Source: Nemertoderma westbladi (lineage: Eukaryota; Animalia; Xenacoelomorpha). Taken from it: DNA of 64,000 nt. Under the pieces are notes generated by a model. That model was not told the DNA's origin and ran no database searches. It saw only the letters and a list, made by a program, of their open reading frames with translations. Made by a program: the position numbers and the translations under genes. The DNA lies in contig JAUCBJ010006371.1 in NCBI GenBank assembly GCA_032718475.1, forward strand, positions 1 to 64,000. The letters run 5' to 3'. Each line of letters starts with the position of its first letter. Position 1 is the first letter of the stretch. Below, piece by piece: positions 1-12,899 of this stretch.

Positions 1-200
1 ATGAACCGTTGGGGTTGGGGTGAACCGGTGGGGTGGGGTGAACCGGTGGCGTGGTGTGGGAGTGAAGCGGTGTGGTGGGTGAACCCGAGGCGTGGGGTGG
101 GGGTTAAGCGGTGGGGTGGGGTGAACCGGTGGGATGGGGTGAACCAGTTGGGGTTGGGTGGGTTGAACCGGTGGGGTTTGGTTGGGCGAACTGGTGGGAT
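1..200. repeat. G-rich degenerate minisatellite (GGGGTGAACCGGTGGGGT-like), truncated by window start
   Basis: Repeated ggggtgaaccggtg motifs with many GGG runs; probably intronic, upstream of the first visible PARP4 exon. Confidence 0.75.
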
Positions 201-563
201 GAGAGTGGAATAATTAAGCCTTTGGGAGGAGTGGTGCAAGGTAGGGTGAACTACTGTTTGAACTGGTGGGATGGTGTGGGCGAGGTCAGATTGACTTATG
301 GGTTGAAGCAGGGTGGTTAATAAGGGTGCGGTGGCTTTTTGGTTTGTTGGATAACCCTCTATTACTTTCACGTTTAACACATGACCAGTCAGTATAGTAT
401 TATAATTATTAGTATTATTGTTGGTATTTTTTGTTAAAACAGAAAAGTACGTGCAAGAAACATGCTAATAGGAAACGTACAATAATATAGTAAAATACGT
501 ATAATTTGTAAGGCCTATTAGTTAAAGTATTTATTGATCTCTATTATCAATGATACCTTCCAG

Positions 564-815
564 CCAACCAATTCCTACCAACATGCGTTGCTACTCAATC
601 CATCATCCAATAGGATCCGCCGCCTTCCACCGTTCGTCCAATCAGATTGGAGCAGCCACAATCCGTCGTCTGTTTCACTGCTGCCTCCCAGCGGGACTGG
701 TAGGAATCCTATCACGAGGGTTGCTGTTACCCCACACACTGGTCTCCGAATTCGGGGTTGACAGACGGGATAAGGGTCGCCTTGGCAACGGGATTTACTT
801 TGCTAGTTCCGCGAG
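564..815 (+). CDS. PARP4: PARP4 exon (first visible): PARP catalytic domain, N-terminal part
   Basis: RRLFHCCLPAGLVGILSRGLLLP...DKGRLGNGIYF matches PARP4 LLHGS...VGILCRGLLLP...DVGNLGSGIYF. Acceptor ttccag| at 563 (less certain); donor ag|gtcagt at 816, phase 2. Upstream exons lie outside the window. Confidence 0.88.
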
Positions 816-865
816 GTCAGTTGTATGTGTCTCTCCTCTGTGTCTTATATCACTAATACTAACTA

Positions 866-997
866 TATAATCGATTTAAATAAAGTAGCACTGTTTTTCA
901 CGCTGGCTTGAGTGTGATATTTTTACGAACGAGCGTTAGCGAAATATGAAACGAGACCTTGAATGTGAAATACAGGTACTTTATTTAAATCGAATAT
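866..997. mobile_element. Small inverted-repeat (MITE-like/hairpin) element
   Basis: tcgatttaaataaagta (871-887) is the reverse complement of tactttatttaaatcga (977-993); imperfect pairing continues inward. Confidence 0.5.
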
Positions 998-1059
998 GTC
1001 GTTTTATTTTCAAGTTTCGAAGTTTTGTTAATTAAAATTAACATAGAAACCAGTACACT

Positions 1060-1360
1060 AAGGGGCGGTACAGTTATCAGTTAACACTGCAGATGTTGTG
1101 GTGGCACACATTAGATATTTTGTGATGTGCAACACCTGTAACCTGCAACAAGCAACAAGTCGACCGAAGCCGGACGAAGGCTCTTCTCCGATAACTGCTA
1201 CACGAGCGCTACGCGCTACTCCTACCCCAAGTTTTGCTCCCACTAATAATTCAACTGGACCTCATTTTATCGACCCCATGGGATGAAAGCTGAGTGGACC
1301 CAGCCGAGGCTCGAACCAGCAACCAAAAGATTGCAGGCGTTCAACCAACTGAGCGACCCC
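1060..1360 (-). mobile_element. tRNA-derived SINE
   Basis: Minus strand reads GGGGTCGCTCAGTTGG (A box) ... GGTTCGAGCC (B box), then CCACTCAGCTTTCATCCC..GGTCGATAAAATGAG, a central motif shared with the SINE at 52590-52828. The 3' limit is approximate. Confidence 0.7.
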
Positions 1361-1709
1361 ATCTTTACTACCAACCGGAGTAAACCTGTAGTTCCGTAAG
1401 GTTGAGGTTCGAGTGTCTGGGGCGGCTATAGAGTTAGACACAAACGAAGATATCTTCGAAACCCCAGTTTTCGAATTAGCGACAGCTTCACTAGTAGGTA
1501 GGTGACGCTGCGGCCTTGCTGCTAAATCGATAACGGGGTTTTTGGGACTCCGTAGTAAAGATATTTACTGTCAATACGAATAATAAAAATATTTATGTAT
1601 ATATATATATAAAATAATATAATATAATACTGATCAACAATTTCACAATTTTTCAACAAATTTAGAATTGTTAGTTTTAGTTTTATAATATTTGATTAAA
1701 TCTTTTTAG

Positions 1710-1937
1710 CACTAGCATCAACTACTCAACACCTAACAGTTGCACCGGCACACGTTTCCTATTGGTTAATGAGGTTGTCCTTGGCAACGTGTTGGAGATA
1801 CATACAGAAGCACCCGAGCTCAGTGCGCCTCCTAGCGGATTCCATTCCGTTACTGGAGTGGCCTCTACACTCTCCATGGCAACCGACTTTGCCGATGAAG
1901 AGTTCGTAATTTACGACGCAAATCAGCAGAAAATTTG
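1710..1937 (+). CDS. PARP4: PARP4 exon: catalytic domain C-terminal part with catalytic Glu (DEEFVIY)
   Basis: tttttag|c acceptor; TSINYSTPNSCTGTRFLLVNEVVLG...SAPPSGFHSVTGV...TDFADEEFVIYDANQQKI matches PARP4 TSIKYS...TDFEDDEFVVYKTNQVKM; donor tg|gttagt. Confidence 0.93.
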
Positions 1938-1958
1938 GTTAGTTTAAATATCATTTAT

Positions 1959-4900
1959 AGTTTATCTGTTAGATTTACTTGTATTTTAGTTACTTTGAGT
2001 TTATCTGTTAGATTTACTTGTATTTTAGTTACTTTGAGTTTATCTGTTAGATTTACTTGTATTTTAGTTACATTGAGTTTATCTGTTAGATTTACTTGTA
2101 TTTTAGTTACATTGAGTTTATCTGTTAGATTTACTTGTATTTTAGTTACTTTGAGTTTATCTGTTAGATTTCCTTGTATTTTAGTTACATTGAGTTTATC
2201 TGTTAGATTTACTTGTATTTTAGTTACTTTGAGTTTATCTGTTAGATTTACTTGTATTTTAGTTACATTGAGTTTATCTGTTAGATTTACTTGTATTTTA
2301 GTTACATTGAGTTTATCTGTTAGATTTACTTGTATTTTAGTTACATTGAGTTTATCTGTTAGATTTCCTTGTATTTTAGTTACATTGAGTTTATCTGTTA
2401 GATTTACTTGTATTTTAGTTACATTGAGTTTATCTGTTAGATTTACTTGTATTTTAGTTACATTGAGTTTATCTGTTAGATTTCCTTGTATTTTAGTTAC
2501 TTTGAGTTTATCTGTTAGATTTACTTGTATTTTAGTTACATTGAGTTTATCTGTTAGATTTCCTTGTATTTTAGTTACTTTGAGTTTATCTGTTAGATTT
2601 ACTTGTATTTTAGTTACTTTGAGTTTATCTGTTAGATTTACTTGTATTTTAGTTACATTGAGTTTATCTGTTAGATTTACTTGTATTTTAGTTACATTGA
2701 GTTTATCTGTTAGATTTACTTGTATTTTAGTTACATTGAGTTTATCTGTTAGATTTACTTGTATTTTAGTTACATTGAGTTTATCTGTTAGATTTACTTG
2801 TATTTTAGTTACTTTGAGTTTATCTGTTAGATTTACTTGTATTTTAGTTACATTGAGTTTATCTGTTAGATTTACTTGTATTTTAGTTACTTTGAGTTTA
2901 TCTGTTAGATTTACTTGTATTTTAGTTACATTGAGTTTATCTGTTAGATTTCCTTGTATTTTAGTTACTTTGAGTTTATCTGTTAGATTTACTTGTATTT
3001 TAGTTACATTGAGTTTATCTGTTAGATTTCCTTGTATTTTAGTTACATTGAGTTTATCTGTTAGATTTACTTGTATTTTAGTTACATTGAGTTTATCTGT
3101 TAGATTTACTTGTATTTTAGTTACTTTGAGTTTATCTGTTAGATTTACTTGTATTTTAGTTACATTGAGTTTATCTGTTAGATTTACTTGTATTTTAGTT
3201 ACATTGAGTTTATCTGTTAGATTTACTTGTATTTTAGTTACATTGAGTTTATCTGTTAGATTTACTTGTATTTTAGTTACATTGAGTTTATCTGTTAGAT
3301 TTACTTGTATTTTAGTTACTTTGAGTTTATCTGTTAGATTTACTTGTATTTTAGTTACATTGAGTTTATCTGTTAGATTTACTTGTATTTTAGTTACTTT
3401 GAGTTTATCTGTTAGATTTACTTGTATTTTAGTTACATTGAGTTTATCTGTTAGATTTACTTGTATTTTAGTTACATTGAGTTTATCTGTTAGATTTACT
3501 TGTATTTTAGTTACTTTGAGTTTATCTGTTAGATTTACTTGTATTTTAGTTACATTGAGTTTATCTGTTAGATTTACTTGTATTTTAGTTACATTGAGTT
3601 TATCTGTTAGATTTCCTTGTATTTTAGTTACATTGAGTTTATCTGTTAGATTTACTTGTATTTTAGTTACATTGAGTTTATCTGTTAGATTTACTTGTAT
3701 TTTAGTTACATTGAGTTTATCTGTTAGATTTACTTGTATTTTAGTTACATTGAGTTTATCTGTTAGATTTCCTTGTATTTTAGTTACATTGAGTTTATCT
3801 GTTAGATTTACTTGTATTTTAGTTACTTTGAGTTTATCTGTTAGATTTACTTGTATTTTAGTTACATTGAGTTTATCTGTTAGATTTACTTGTATTTTAG
3901 TTACTTTGAGTTTATCTGTTAGATTTCCTTGTATTTTAGTTACATTGAGTTTATCTGTTAGATTTACTTGTATTTTAGTTACATTGAGTTTATCTGTTAG
4001 ATTTACTTGTATTTTAGTTACATTGAGTTTATCTGTTAGATTTACTTGTATTTTAGTTACATTGAGTTTATCTGTTAGATTTACTTGTATTTTAGTTACT
4101 TTGAGTTTATCTGTTAGATTTACTTGTATTTTAGTTACATTGAGTTTATCTGTTAGATTTACTTGTATTTTAGTTACATTGAGTTTATCTGTTAGATTTA
4201 CTTGTATTTTAGTTACATTGAGTTTATCTGTTAGATTTCCTTGTATTTTAGTTACATTGAGTTTATCTGTTAGATTTACTTGTATTTTAGTTACATTGAG
4301 TTTATCTGTTAGATTTACTTGTATTTTAGTTACGTTGAGTTTATCTGTTAGATTTACTTGTATTTTAGTTACATTGAGTTTATCTGTTAGATTTACTTGT
4401 ATTTTAGTTACATTGAGTTTATCTGTTAGATTTCCTTGTATTTTAGTTACATTGAGTTTATCTGTTAGATTTACTTGTATTTTAGTTACTTTGAGTTTAT
4501 CTGTTAGATTTACTTGTATTTTAGTTACATTGAGTTTATCTGTTAGATTTACTTGTATTTTAGTTACTTTGAGTTTATCTGTTAGATTTACTTGTATTTT
4601 AGTTACATTGAGTTTATCTGTTAGATTTCCTTGTATTTTAGTTACATTGAGTTTATCTGTTAGATTTACTTGTATTTTAGTTACATTGAGTTTATCTGTT
4701 AGATTTACTTGTATTTTAGTTACATTGAGTTTATCTGTTAGATTTACTTGTATTTTAGTTACATTGAGTTTATCTGTTAGATTTCCTTGTATTTTAGTTA
4801 CATTGAGTTTATCTGTTAGATTTACTTGTATTTTAGTTACTTTGAGTTTATCTGTTAGATTTACTTGTATTTTAGTTACATTGAGTTTATCTGTTAGATT

Positions 4901-5515
4901 TACTTGTATTTTAGTTACTTTGAGTTTATCTGTTAGATTTCCTTGTATTTTAGTTACATTGAGTTTATCTGTTAGATTTACTTGTATTTTAGTTACATTG
5001 AGTTTATCTGTTAGATTTACTTGTATTTTAGTTACATTGAGTTTATCTGTTAGATTTACTTGTATTTTAGTTACATTGAGTTTATCTGTTAGATTTACTT
5101 GTATTTTAGTTACTTTGAGTTTATCTGTTAGATTTACTTGTATTTTAGTTACATTGAGTTTATCTGTTAGATTTACTTGTATTTTAGTTACATTGAGTTT
5201 ATCTGTTAGATTTACTTGTATTTTAGTTACTTTGAGTTTATCTGTTAGATTTCCTTGTATTTTAGTTACATTGAGTTTATCTGTTAGATTTACTTGTATT
5301 TTAGTTACATTGAGTTTATCTGTTAGATTTACTTGTATTTTAGTTACATTGAGTTTATCTGTTAGATTTACTTGTATTTTAGTTACATTGAGTTTATTTG
5401 TTAGATTTACTTGTATTTTAGTTACATTGAGTTTATTTGTTAGATTTACTTGTATTTTAGTTCTTTGAGTTTATCTGTTAGATTTACTTGTATTTTAGTT
5501 ACTTTGAGTTTATCT
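1959..5515. repeat. 39-bp satellite, left block (~91 copies): AGTTTATCTGTTAGATTTACTTGTATTTTAGTTACATTG
   Basis: Near-perfect tandem array; the 13-aa periodicity in the ORF track (LSLSVRFTCILVT) gives 39 bp. Confidence 0.98.
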
Positions 5516-5726
5516 CACTGAAAAAACGAAACCTGTATTATTTATTGAAAAACCACCGGTTTGCCGAAGGAATCGCCGATTAAAATCCAGCCACTTTAAT
5601 CGCCGATTCTTTCAGCAAACCGGTGGTTTCGAAAACCGGTGGTTAAGCCAAACCGGTGGTTTAGGAAAGTTATAAACTCTGGGTTTATTCTTTATTTTCA
5701 ACCATATCGAACGGGATTCACAAACT

Positions 5727-8700
5727 TAAAACCTGATTTAGATGTATTTTAAACAGGGGTTCATTCATACAAAACCAGGGGTTCCTAAATATAAAACCCG
5801 GTTTAGATGTATTTTAAACAGGGGTTCATTCATACAAAACCAGGGGTTCCTAAATATAAAACCCGGTTTAGATGTATTTTAAACAGGGGTTCATTCACAC
5901 AAAACCAGGGGTTCCTAAATATAAAACCTGGTTTAGATGTATTTTAAACAGGGGTTCATTCATACAAAACCAGGGGTTCCTAAATATAAAACCTGGTTTA
6001 GATGTATTTTAAACAGGGGTTCATTCATACAAAACCAGGGGTTCCTAAATATAAAACCCGGTTTAGATGTATTTTAAACAGGGGTTCATTCACACAAAAC
6101 CAGGGGTTCCTAAATATAAAACCCGGTTTAGATGTATTTTAAACAGGGGTTCATTCATACAAAACCAGGGGTTCCTAAATATAAAACCCGGTTTAGATGT
6201 ATTTTAAACAGGGGTTCATTCATACAAAACCAGGGGTTCCTAAATATAAAACCTGGTTTAGATGTATTTTAAACAGGGGTTCATTCATACAAAACCAGGG
6301 GTTCCTAAATATAAAACCTGGTTTAGATGTATTTTAAACAGGGGTTCATTCATACAAAACCAGGGGTTCCTAAATATAAAACCCGGTTTAGATGTATTTT
6401 AAACAGGGGTTCATTCACACAAAACCAGGGGTTCCTAAATATAAAACCCGGTTTAGATGTATTTTAAACAGGGGTTCATTCACACAAAACCAGGGGTTCC
6501 TAAATATAAAACCCGGTTTAGATGTATTTTAAACAGGGGTTCATTCACACAAAACCAGGGGTTCCTAAATATAAAACCCGGTTTAGATGTATTTTAAACA
6601 GGGGTTCATTCATACAAAACCAGGGGTTCCTAAATATAAAACCTGGTTTAGATGTATTTTAAACAGGGGTTCATTCACACAAAACCAGGGGTTCCTAAAT
6701 ATAAAACCTGGTTTAGATGTATTTTAAACAGGGGTTCATTCATACAAAACCAGGGGTTCCTAAATATAAAACCCGGTTTAGATGTATTTTAAACAGGGGT
6801 TCATTCACACAAAACCAGGGGTTCCTAAATATAAAACCCGGTTTAGATGTATTTTAAACAGGGGTTCATTCACACAAAACCAGGGGTTCCTAAATATAAA
6901 ACCCGGTTTAGATGTATTTTAAACAGGGGTTCATTCACACAAAACCAGGGGTTCCTAAATATAAAACCCGGTTTAGATGTATTTTAAACAGGGGTTCATT
7001 CACACAAAACCAGGGGTTCCTAAATATAAAACCTGGTTTAGATGTATTTTAAACAGGGGTTCATTCATACAAAACCAGGGGTTCCTAAATATAAAACCCG
7101 GTTTAGATGTATTTTAAACAGGGGTTCGTTCATACAAAACCAGGGGTTCCTAAATATAAAACCCGGTTTAGATGTATTTTAAACAGGGGTTCATTCACAC
7201 AAAACCAGGGGTTCCTAAATATAAAACCCGGTTTAGATGTATTTTAAACAGGGGTTCATTCACACAAAACCAGGGGTTCCTAAATATAAAACCCGGTTTA
7301 GATGTATTTTAAACAGGCGTTCATTCATACAAAACCAGGGGTTCCTAAATATAAAACCCGGTTTAGATGTATTTTAAACAGGGGTTCATTCACACAAAAC
7401 CAGGGGTTCCTAAATATAAAACCCGGTTTAGATGTATTTTAAACAGGGGTTCATTCACACAAAACCAGGGGTTCCTAAATATAAAACCCGGTTTAGATGT
7501 ATTTTAAACAGGGGTTCATTCATACAAAACCAGGGGTTCCTAAATATAAAACCCGGTTTAGATGTATTTTAAACAGGCGTTCATTCATACAAAACCAGGG
7601 GTTCCTAAATATAAAACCCGGTTTAGATGTATTTTAAACAGGGGTTCATTCACACAAAACCAGGGGTTCCTAAATATAAAACCCGGTTTAGATGTATTTT
7701 AAACAGGGGTTCATTCACACAAAACCAGGGGTTCCTAAATATAAAACCCGGTTTAGATGTATTTTAAACAGGCGTTCATTCATACAAAACCAGGGGTTCC
7801 TAAATATAAAACCTGGTTTAGATGTATTTTAAACAGGCGTTCATTCATACAAAACCAGGGGTTCCTAAATATAAAACCTGGTTTAGATGTATTTTAAACA
7901 GGCGTTCATTCATACAAAACCAGGGGTTCCTAAATATAAAACCCGGTTTAGATGTATTTTAAACAGGGGTTCATTCATACAAAACCAGGGGTTCCTAAAT
8001 ATAAAACCCGGTTTAGATGTATTTTAAACAGGGGTTCATTCATACAAAACCAGGGGTTCCTAAATATAAAACCCGGTTTAGATGTATTTTAAACAGGGGT
8101 TCATTCATACAAAACCAGGGGTTCCTAAATATAAAACCCGGTTTAGATGTATTTTAAACAGGGGTTCATTCACACAAAACCAGGGGTTCCTAAATATAAA
8201 ACCTGGTTTAGATGTATTTTAAACAGGGGTTCGTTCATTCACACAAAACCAGGGGTTCCTAAATATAAAACCTGGTTTAGATGTATTTTAAACAGGGGTT
8301 CGTTCATTCACACAAAACCAGGGGTTCCTAAATATAAAACCTGGTTTAGATGTATTTTAAACAGGGGTTCGTTCATTCACACAAAACCAGGGGTTCCTAA
8401 ATATAAAACCTGGTTTAGATGTGTGAAACGGGGTTTCATTCACACAAAACCAGGGGTTCCTAAATATAAAACCCGGTTTAGATGTATTTTAAACAGGGGT
8501 TCATTCACACAAAACCAGGGGTTCCTAAATATAAAACCTGGTTTAGATGTATTTGAAACAGGGTTTCATTCACACAAAACCAGGGGTTCCTAAATATAAA
8601 ACCCGGTTTAGATGTATTTTAAACAGGGGTTCATTCATACAAAACCAGGGGTTCCTAAATATAAAACCCGGTTTAGATGTATTTTAAACAGGGGTTCATT

Positions 8701-8892
8701 CACACAAAACCAGGGGTTCCTAAATATAAAACCCGGTTTAGATGTATTTTAAACAGGGTTTCATTCACACAAAACCAGGGGTTCCTAAATATAAAACCCG
8801 GTTTAGATGTATTTTAAACAGGGGTTCATTCACACAAAACCAGGGGTTCCTAAATATAAAACCTGGTTTAGATGTATTTGAAACAGGGTTTT
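5727..8892. repeat. 65-bp tandem array (~48 copies), left subterminal region of the CACTG element
   Basis: tcattcatac recurs at 5761, 5826, 5891; the unit is three ~22-bp subunits, each with an AAAC..GGTT core. Confidence 0.95.
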
Positions 8893-8921
8893 TACATAAT
8901 CTTACAAGAACACAAAACATA

Positions 8922-9454
8922 CACCATATCCCTTAATACAATCATTTTTAAGGGGTTGGAGCCCCCCCCCCCCTATTTTTTTTCAAATTTCAATCATATG
9001 CTACGAAATCTGGTATGATGGTAGTTCGACAATTTTTCAACTGCTGGCCTGGCCGGATTTTTTAATTTATGAGCTATTTCGATACAACATGAGGCCGTTA
9101 AAAACCCCTTTTTAACAATATTTAACCATCTCTGTTGGCTTTATTTTTAATATTTTGAATGTAATCTAGATATTATGTCAAAGATATTATGAAAATACTA
9201 GGGTGTAAATTTTGAGACTAAAATAAAGCCAACAAGATGGTTAAATTTAAATATTGCTAAAAATGAGTTTTTTAACGGCTTGTTGTATCGAAATAGCTCA
9301 TAAATTAAAAAATCAGGCAAAGCCAGCAGGAAGAAAAGTTGGTGAACTACCATCAAACCAAATTTCCTAGCACATGATTGAAATTTGAAAAAAAGAGGGG
9401 GGGGGGGGGGGCTCCGATCCCCTAAAAATGGTTGTTGTACTAAGGGAGATGGTG
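8922..9454. mobile_element. Foldback MITE with TA target duplication (Tc1/mariner-type), nested in the CACTG element
   Basis: TA|CACCATATCCCTTAATACA ... TGTACTAAGGGAGATGGTG|TA; about 230-bp imperfect inverted arms including polyC/polyG. Confidence 0.78.
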
Positions 9455-10149
9455 TATATACAGCAGACACAAGGGGGAAAATACATATAAAGTAAAACAC
9501 ACTAATCTAAAAGAAGATAAGGCATATGAGGATACTCTAATAAATAAAACAGCCCTTTATTCAGTTTGTCTTTCCATTATGCAAAATTATCATTCTATCA
9601 TTAAACTTAAATTGATTTACATTTACTTAGTTAACTTTATAATATCATATCATTTCATATAACAGTAAAGGAAGGTGCATCATGTTAGAACTTAGAACTG
9701 TGGGGCAGTGGGGAACATCTTAATATTTCATTTAAAACATGTCGTGTCTGTTCAACCAATAAGGTAGCTGAAAAATGCTGTGGTGTGGGGTAACTATTAA
9801 AAGTGGATTTGGAAGCTTTGTCCGGTCTGTGAGAATTCTGTTGACCAAGAACAGTTGCTTGAAAGTTTCATTAAACTCAAAACGAAAAGTGTTCATAGGG
9901 ATAATCTTTTCATTCCGTCACAGTGATAGAGGGAAGCCATACTATGTTCCAAATAAACCCCTCCTCACATTTAGTCCCAGTTCCGCAGTTATCCAACTGG
10001 ATATCAGTAAATATAACATTGCCCTGAAAAGGGCCGTTTGGGTTGGTGTAAGACGAGTCAGGGAAGTGTCAGGGTGTGGGATACCACACACTGAGATGCG
10101 CGAGCAAGTTTGTAAGGGCAGTGGTCGTGGTCCCAGTTTTCACATAGGT

Positions 10150-10640
10150 CGTGTAACTCGCACCACATGAACTCGTCCAGGTGGCTGGGCAGCAAGGTGC
10201 TCTGGACGCTGCACATCGACTTAAATCCAGAAATCGGCGCTTGCAGTTCTTCCAGTAGCACTCGGCGTGGTTGGTGCAGGCACCAGTAACTGGGTCGACG
10301 AAGTTTTGGTCATGGATCACGACTTGGTGTGAGTACACCATGTTCGGCATGGCACCGATCCCGTGCATGCTGCCCAACTATCGGAATGAATGATGGAACC
10401 AGGCGCGATATAGTTGCCTATAATTGGCAGCAACGTCAGAACGAATTTGCCTCAAGAGTCAAGATGCCCGTCGACCGTCTTGAGGAAGAAGCCCTCCTGT
10501 TTGAGGCTGAGATGGGCAGATCGTGCTGAATACCCCGCGCTCAGGCTGTCAGGCACCTCGTGGCCCACGTTCCCCTTCCCATCCGCTTAGCTATTGGTAT
10601 TAGCGACTCGTCGACTTCGACGATAACCTGATCACGCCCG
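10150..10640 (-). pseudogene. Frameshifted Merlin / IS1595-ISXO2-like DDE transposase relic
   Basis: In different minus-strand frames: IVEVDESL (~10605-10625), TLLPIIGNYIAPGSIIHSDSWAA (~10370-10437), YSHQVVIHDQNFVDPVTGACTNHAECYWKNCKRRF and LLPSHLDEFMW (~10163). These are the diagnostic ISXO2-type D, D, E motifs in the correct order. Confidence 0.88.
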
Positions 10641-11509
10641 GTCCGTCGATAAAATGGGGGTGGTAAATAATATGCACTAACAGTGACAGTATACTGGCTG
10701 ACTGGTATAACAATAGGCTACAAGGTACGGTCAGACGGTACAGAGATCGGTCTGCCGGTAGGTTTAATAAATAGTTCCCGGTATATATAGCAGTATACTG
10801 CTGTACTGGTATAGGCAGATAGGCCTAGCAGCCTAGAGCTGAAAAATGCAGAAAGATGTTTGCATTCAGGAGGGGCAAAGGGGGTCCCCCAGCAGCCCAG
10901 TCCCTGTTGCCTGTACTTCTCTCCTGACTGCAGGACTGCCTGACTCCTGTTCAGCTTTCATTGTTTCATCTCTATCTACTGATCTAACCAGTTCCGGCCT
11001 TCGGCCTACCTACCAGCTACCACCGGTACCCTACAGCCAGGCCATACAGCACACCCTGCAGCCCAACTCCTGGCCCTGGGGTCCTGTACTCTGCTACTGC
11101 ACTAAAGGCCTAAAACTAGTAAACCCAAGCGGCCAAAAAAATTGTACGGTGTGCAGTCTTAGTGCTCATGCTACAGTGCTGGTATCAGAGGCTATTGCAA
11201 TAGGCAGATATGCACCGGTCCAATGCTGAATGCAGAATGCGGCATTTAGGTATGACTGTATGATACAAGTCAATAATATATACCGGTAGCTGAATACAGG
11301 AATAGGTCAGGTGCCAACCTGCTCCGACCATGATAGATTAGACAGTTAGATAGCCCGGGAAATTCAAATGATTTGAATTAACCGCCAAAAATATATAAAT
11401 TCATTGTGTCTTTATCATTTGAATTTCCATGGCTGGAGCGCAGGGTAAACACCTTTTGGCTTTTAGGGACTTGTGCGGCATTATGGGTAAGAAGGTTTCA
11501 AATATTAAC

Positions 11510-12560
11510 AAACCCCAGGTATTATCGCATTCATTTATGACTTATTATTATTATAAAACCGGCATTTTGTTTGTTAAAAACCTCAATCATTATTGAATAA
11601 AAACCCAGGTTTATCAGTTAACAAAATTAAGGTTAAATGTATAAAAAATGCATGGTTTTAATTAACCAAAACCCCTAGTTTCCAATATTATCAAACCCCA
11701 GGTTTTCTCGTACAAATTTGCGACTGTTATTATCATAAAACCGGCATTTTATTTGTTAAAAACCTAAATCTTTATTGAATAAAAACCCAGGTTTATCAGT
11801 TAACAAAATTAAGGTTAAATGTATAAAAAATGCATGGTTTTAATTAACCAAAACCCCTAGTTTCCAATATTATCAAACCCCACGTTTTCTCGTACAAATT
11901 TGCGACTGTTATTATCATAAAACCGGCATTTTATTTGTTAAAAACCTCAATCTTTATTGAATAAAAACCCAGGTTTATCAGTTAACAAAATTAAGGTTAA
12001 ATGTAAAAAAAATGCATGGTTTTAATTAACCAAAACCCCTAGTTTCCAATATTATCAAACCCCAGGTTTTCTCGTACAAATTTGCGACTGTTATTATCAT
12101 AAAACCGGCATTTTATTTGTTAAAAACCTCAATCTTTATTGAATAAAAACCCAGGTTTATCAGTTAACAAAATTAAGGTTAAATGTAAAAAAAATGCATG
12201 GTTTTAATTAACCAAAACCCCTAGTTTCCAATATTATCAAACCCCAGGTTTTCTCGTACAAATTTGCGACTGTTATTATTATAAAACCGGCATTTTATTA
12301 GTTAAAAACCTCAATCTTTATTGAATAAAAACCCAGGTTTATCAGTTAACAAAATTAAGGTTAAATGTATAAAAAATGCATGGTTTTAATTAAACAAAAC
12401 CCCTAGTTTCCAATATTATCAAACCCCAGGTTTACTCGTACAAATTTGCGACTGTTATTATCATAAGACCGGCATTTTATTTGTTAAAAACCTCAATCTT
12501 TATTGATTAAAAACCCGGTTTATCAGTCAACAAAATGAAGGGTTAATGTATAAAAAAATT
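11510..12560. repeat. 182-bp tandem array (~5.7 copies), right subterminal region of the CACTG element
   Basis: cccaggttttctcgtac recurs with a 182-bp period (e.g. 12061, 12243); AAACC motifs about every 45 bp. Confidence 0.92.
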
Positions 12561-12899
12561 TTGTTTCATTATTTATGTGTTTATTATGGGGTTAAACCCG
12601 GGTTTGTCACTGATTAGAAAACCATCATCAAATTATTTAAAACCGGTGGTTTTGTTTCTCATTAAAACTAGGGTTTTTTGAGAAACCAGTAGTTTGATAA
12701 AAAAATATTAAAAGTTTTATAATTCTTTTAAAAGTAATTGTAATTAACCCTAATGTCAATACCACTCAAACTAATTATATAAATCGTTAATTTGAAACAC
12801 TTATTCTTTTTTCGAAATCGGAAGTTCCAAATTGAAAACCTATGTTATAATTTACAACCTAGGGTGAAAATCACAAATACAGGTTTGGTTTTTTCAGTG

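Larger units (their letters stand above)
5516..12899. mobile_element. Non-autonomous CACTG-ended (CMC/EnSpm-like) DNA transposon, 7.4 kb, inserted in the 39-bp satellite
   Basis: 24-bp TIRs CACTGAAAAAACGAAACCTGTATT / AATACAGGTTTGGTTTTTTCAGTG (1 mismatch); 2-bp TSD CT (5514-5515, 12900-12901) restores the satellite register; AAACC..GGTT-rich subterminal arrays at both ends; hairpin at about 5549-5629. Confidence 0.88.
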
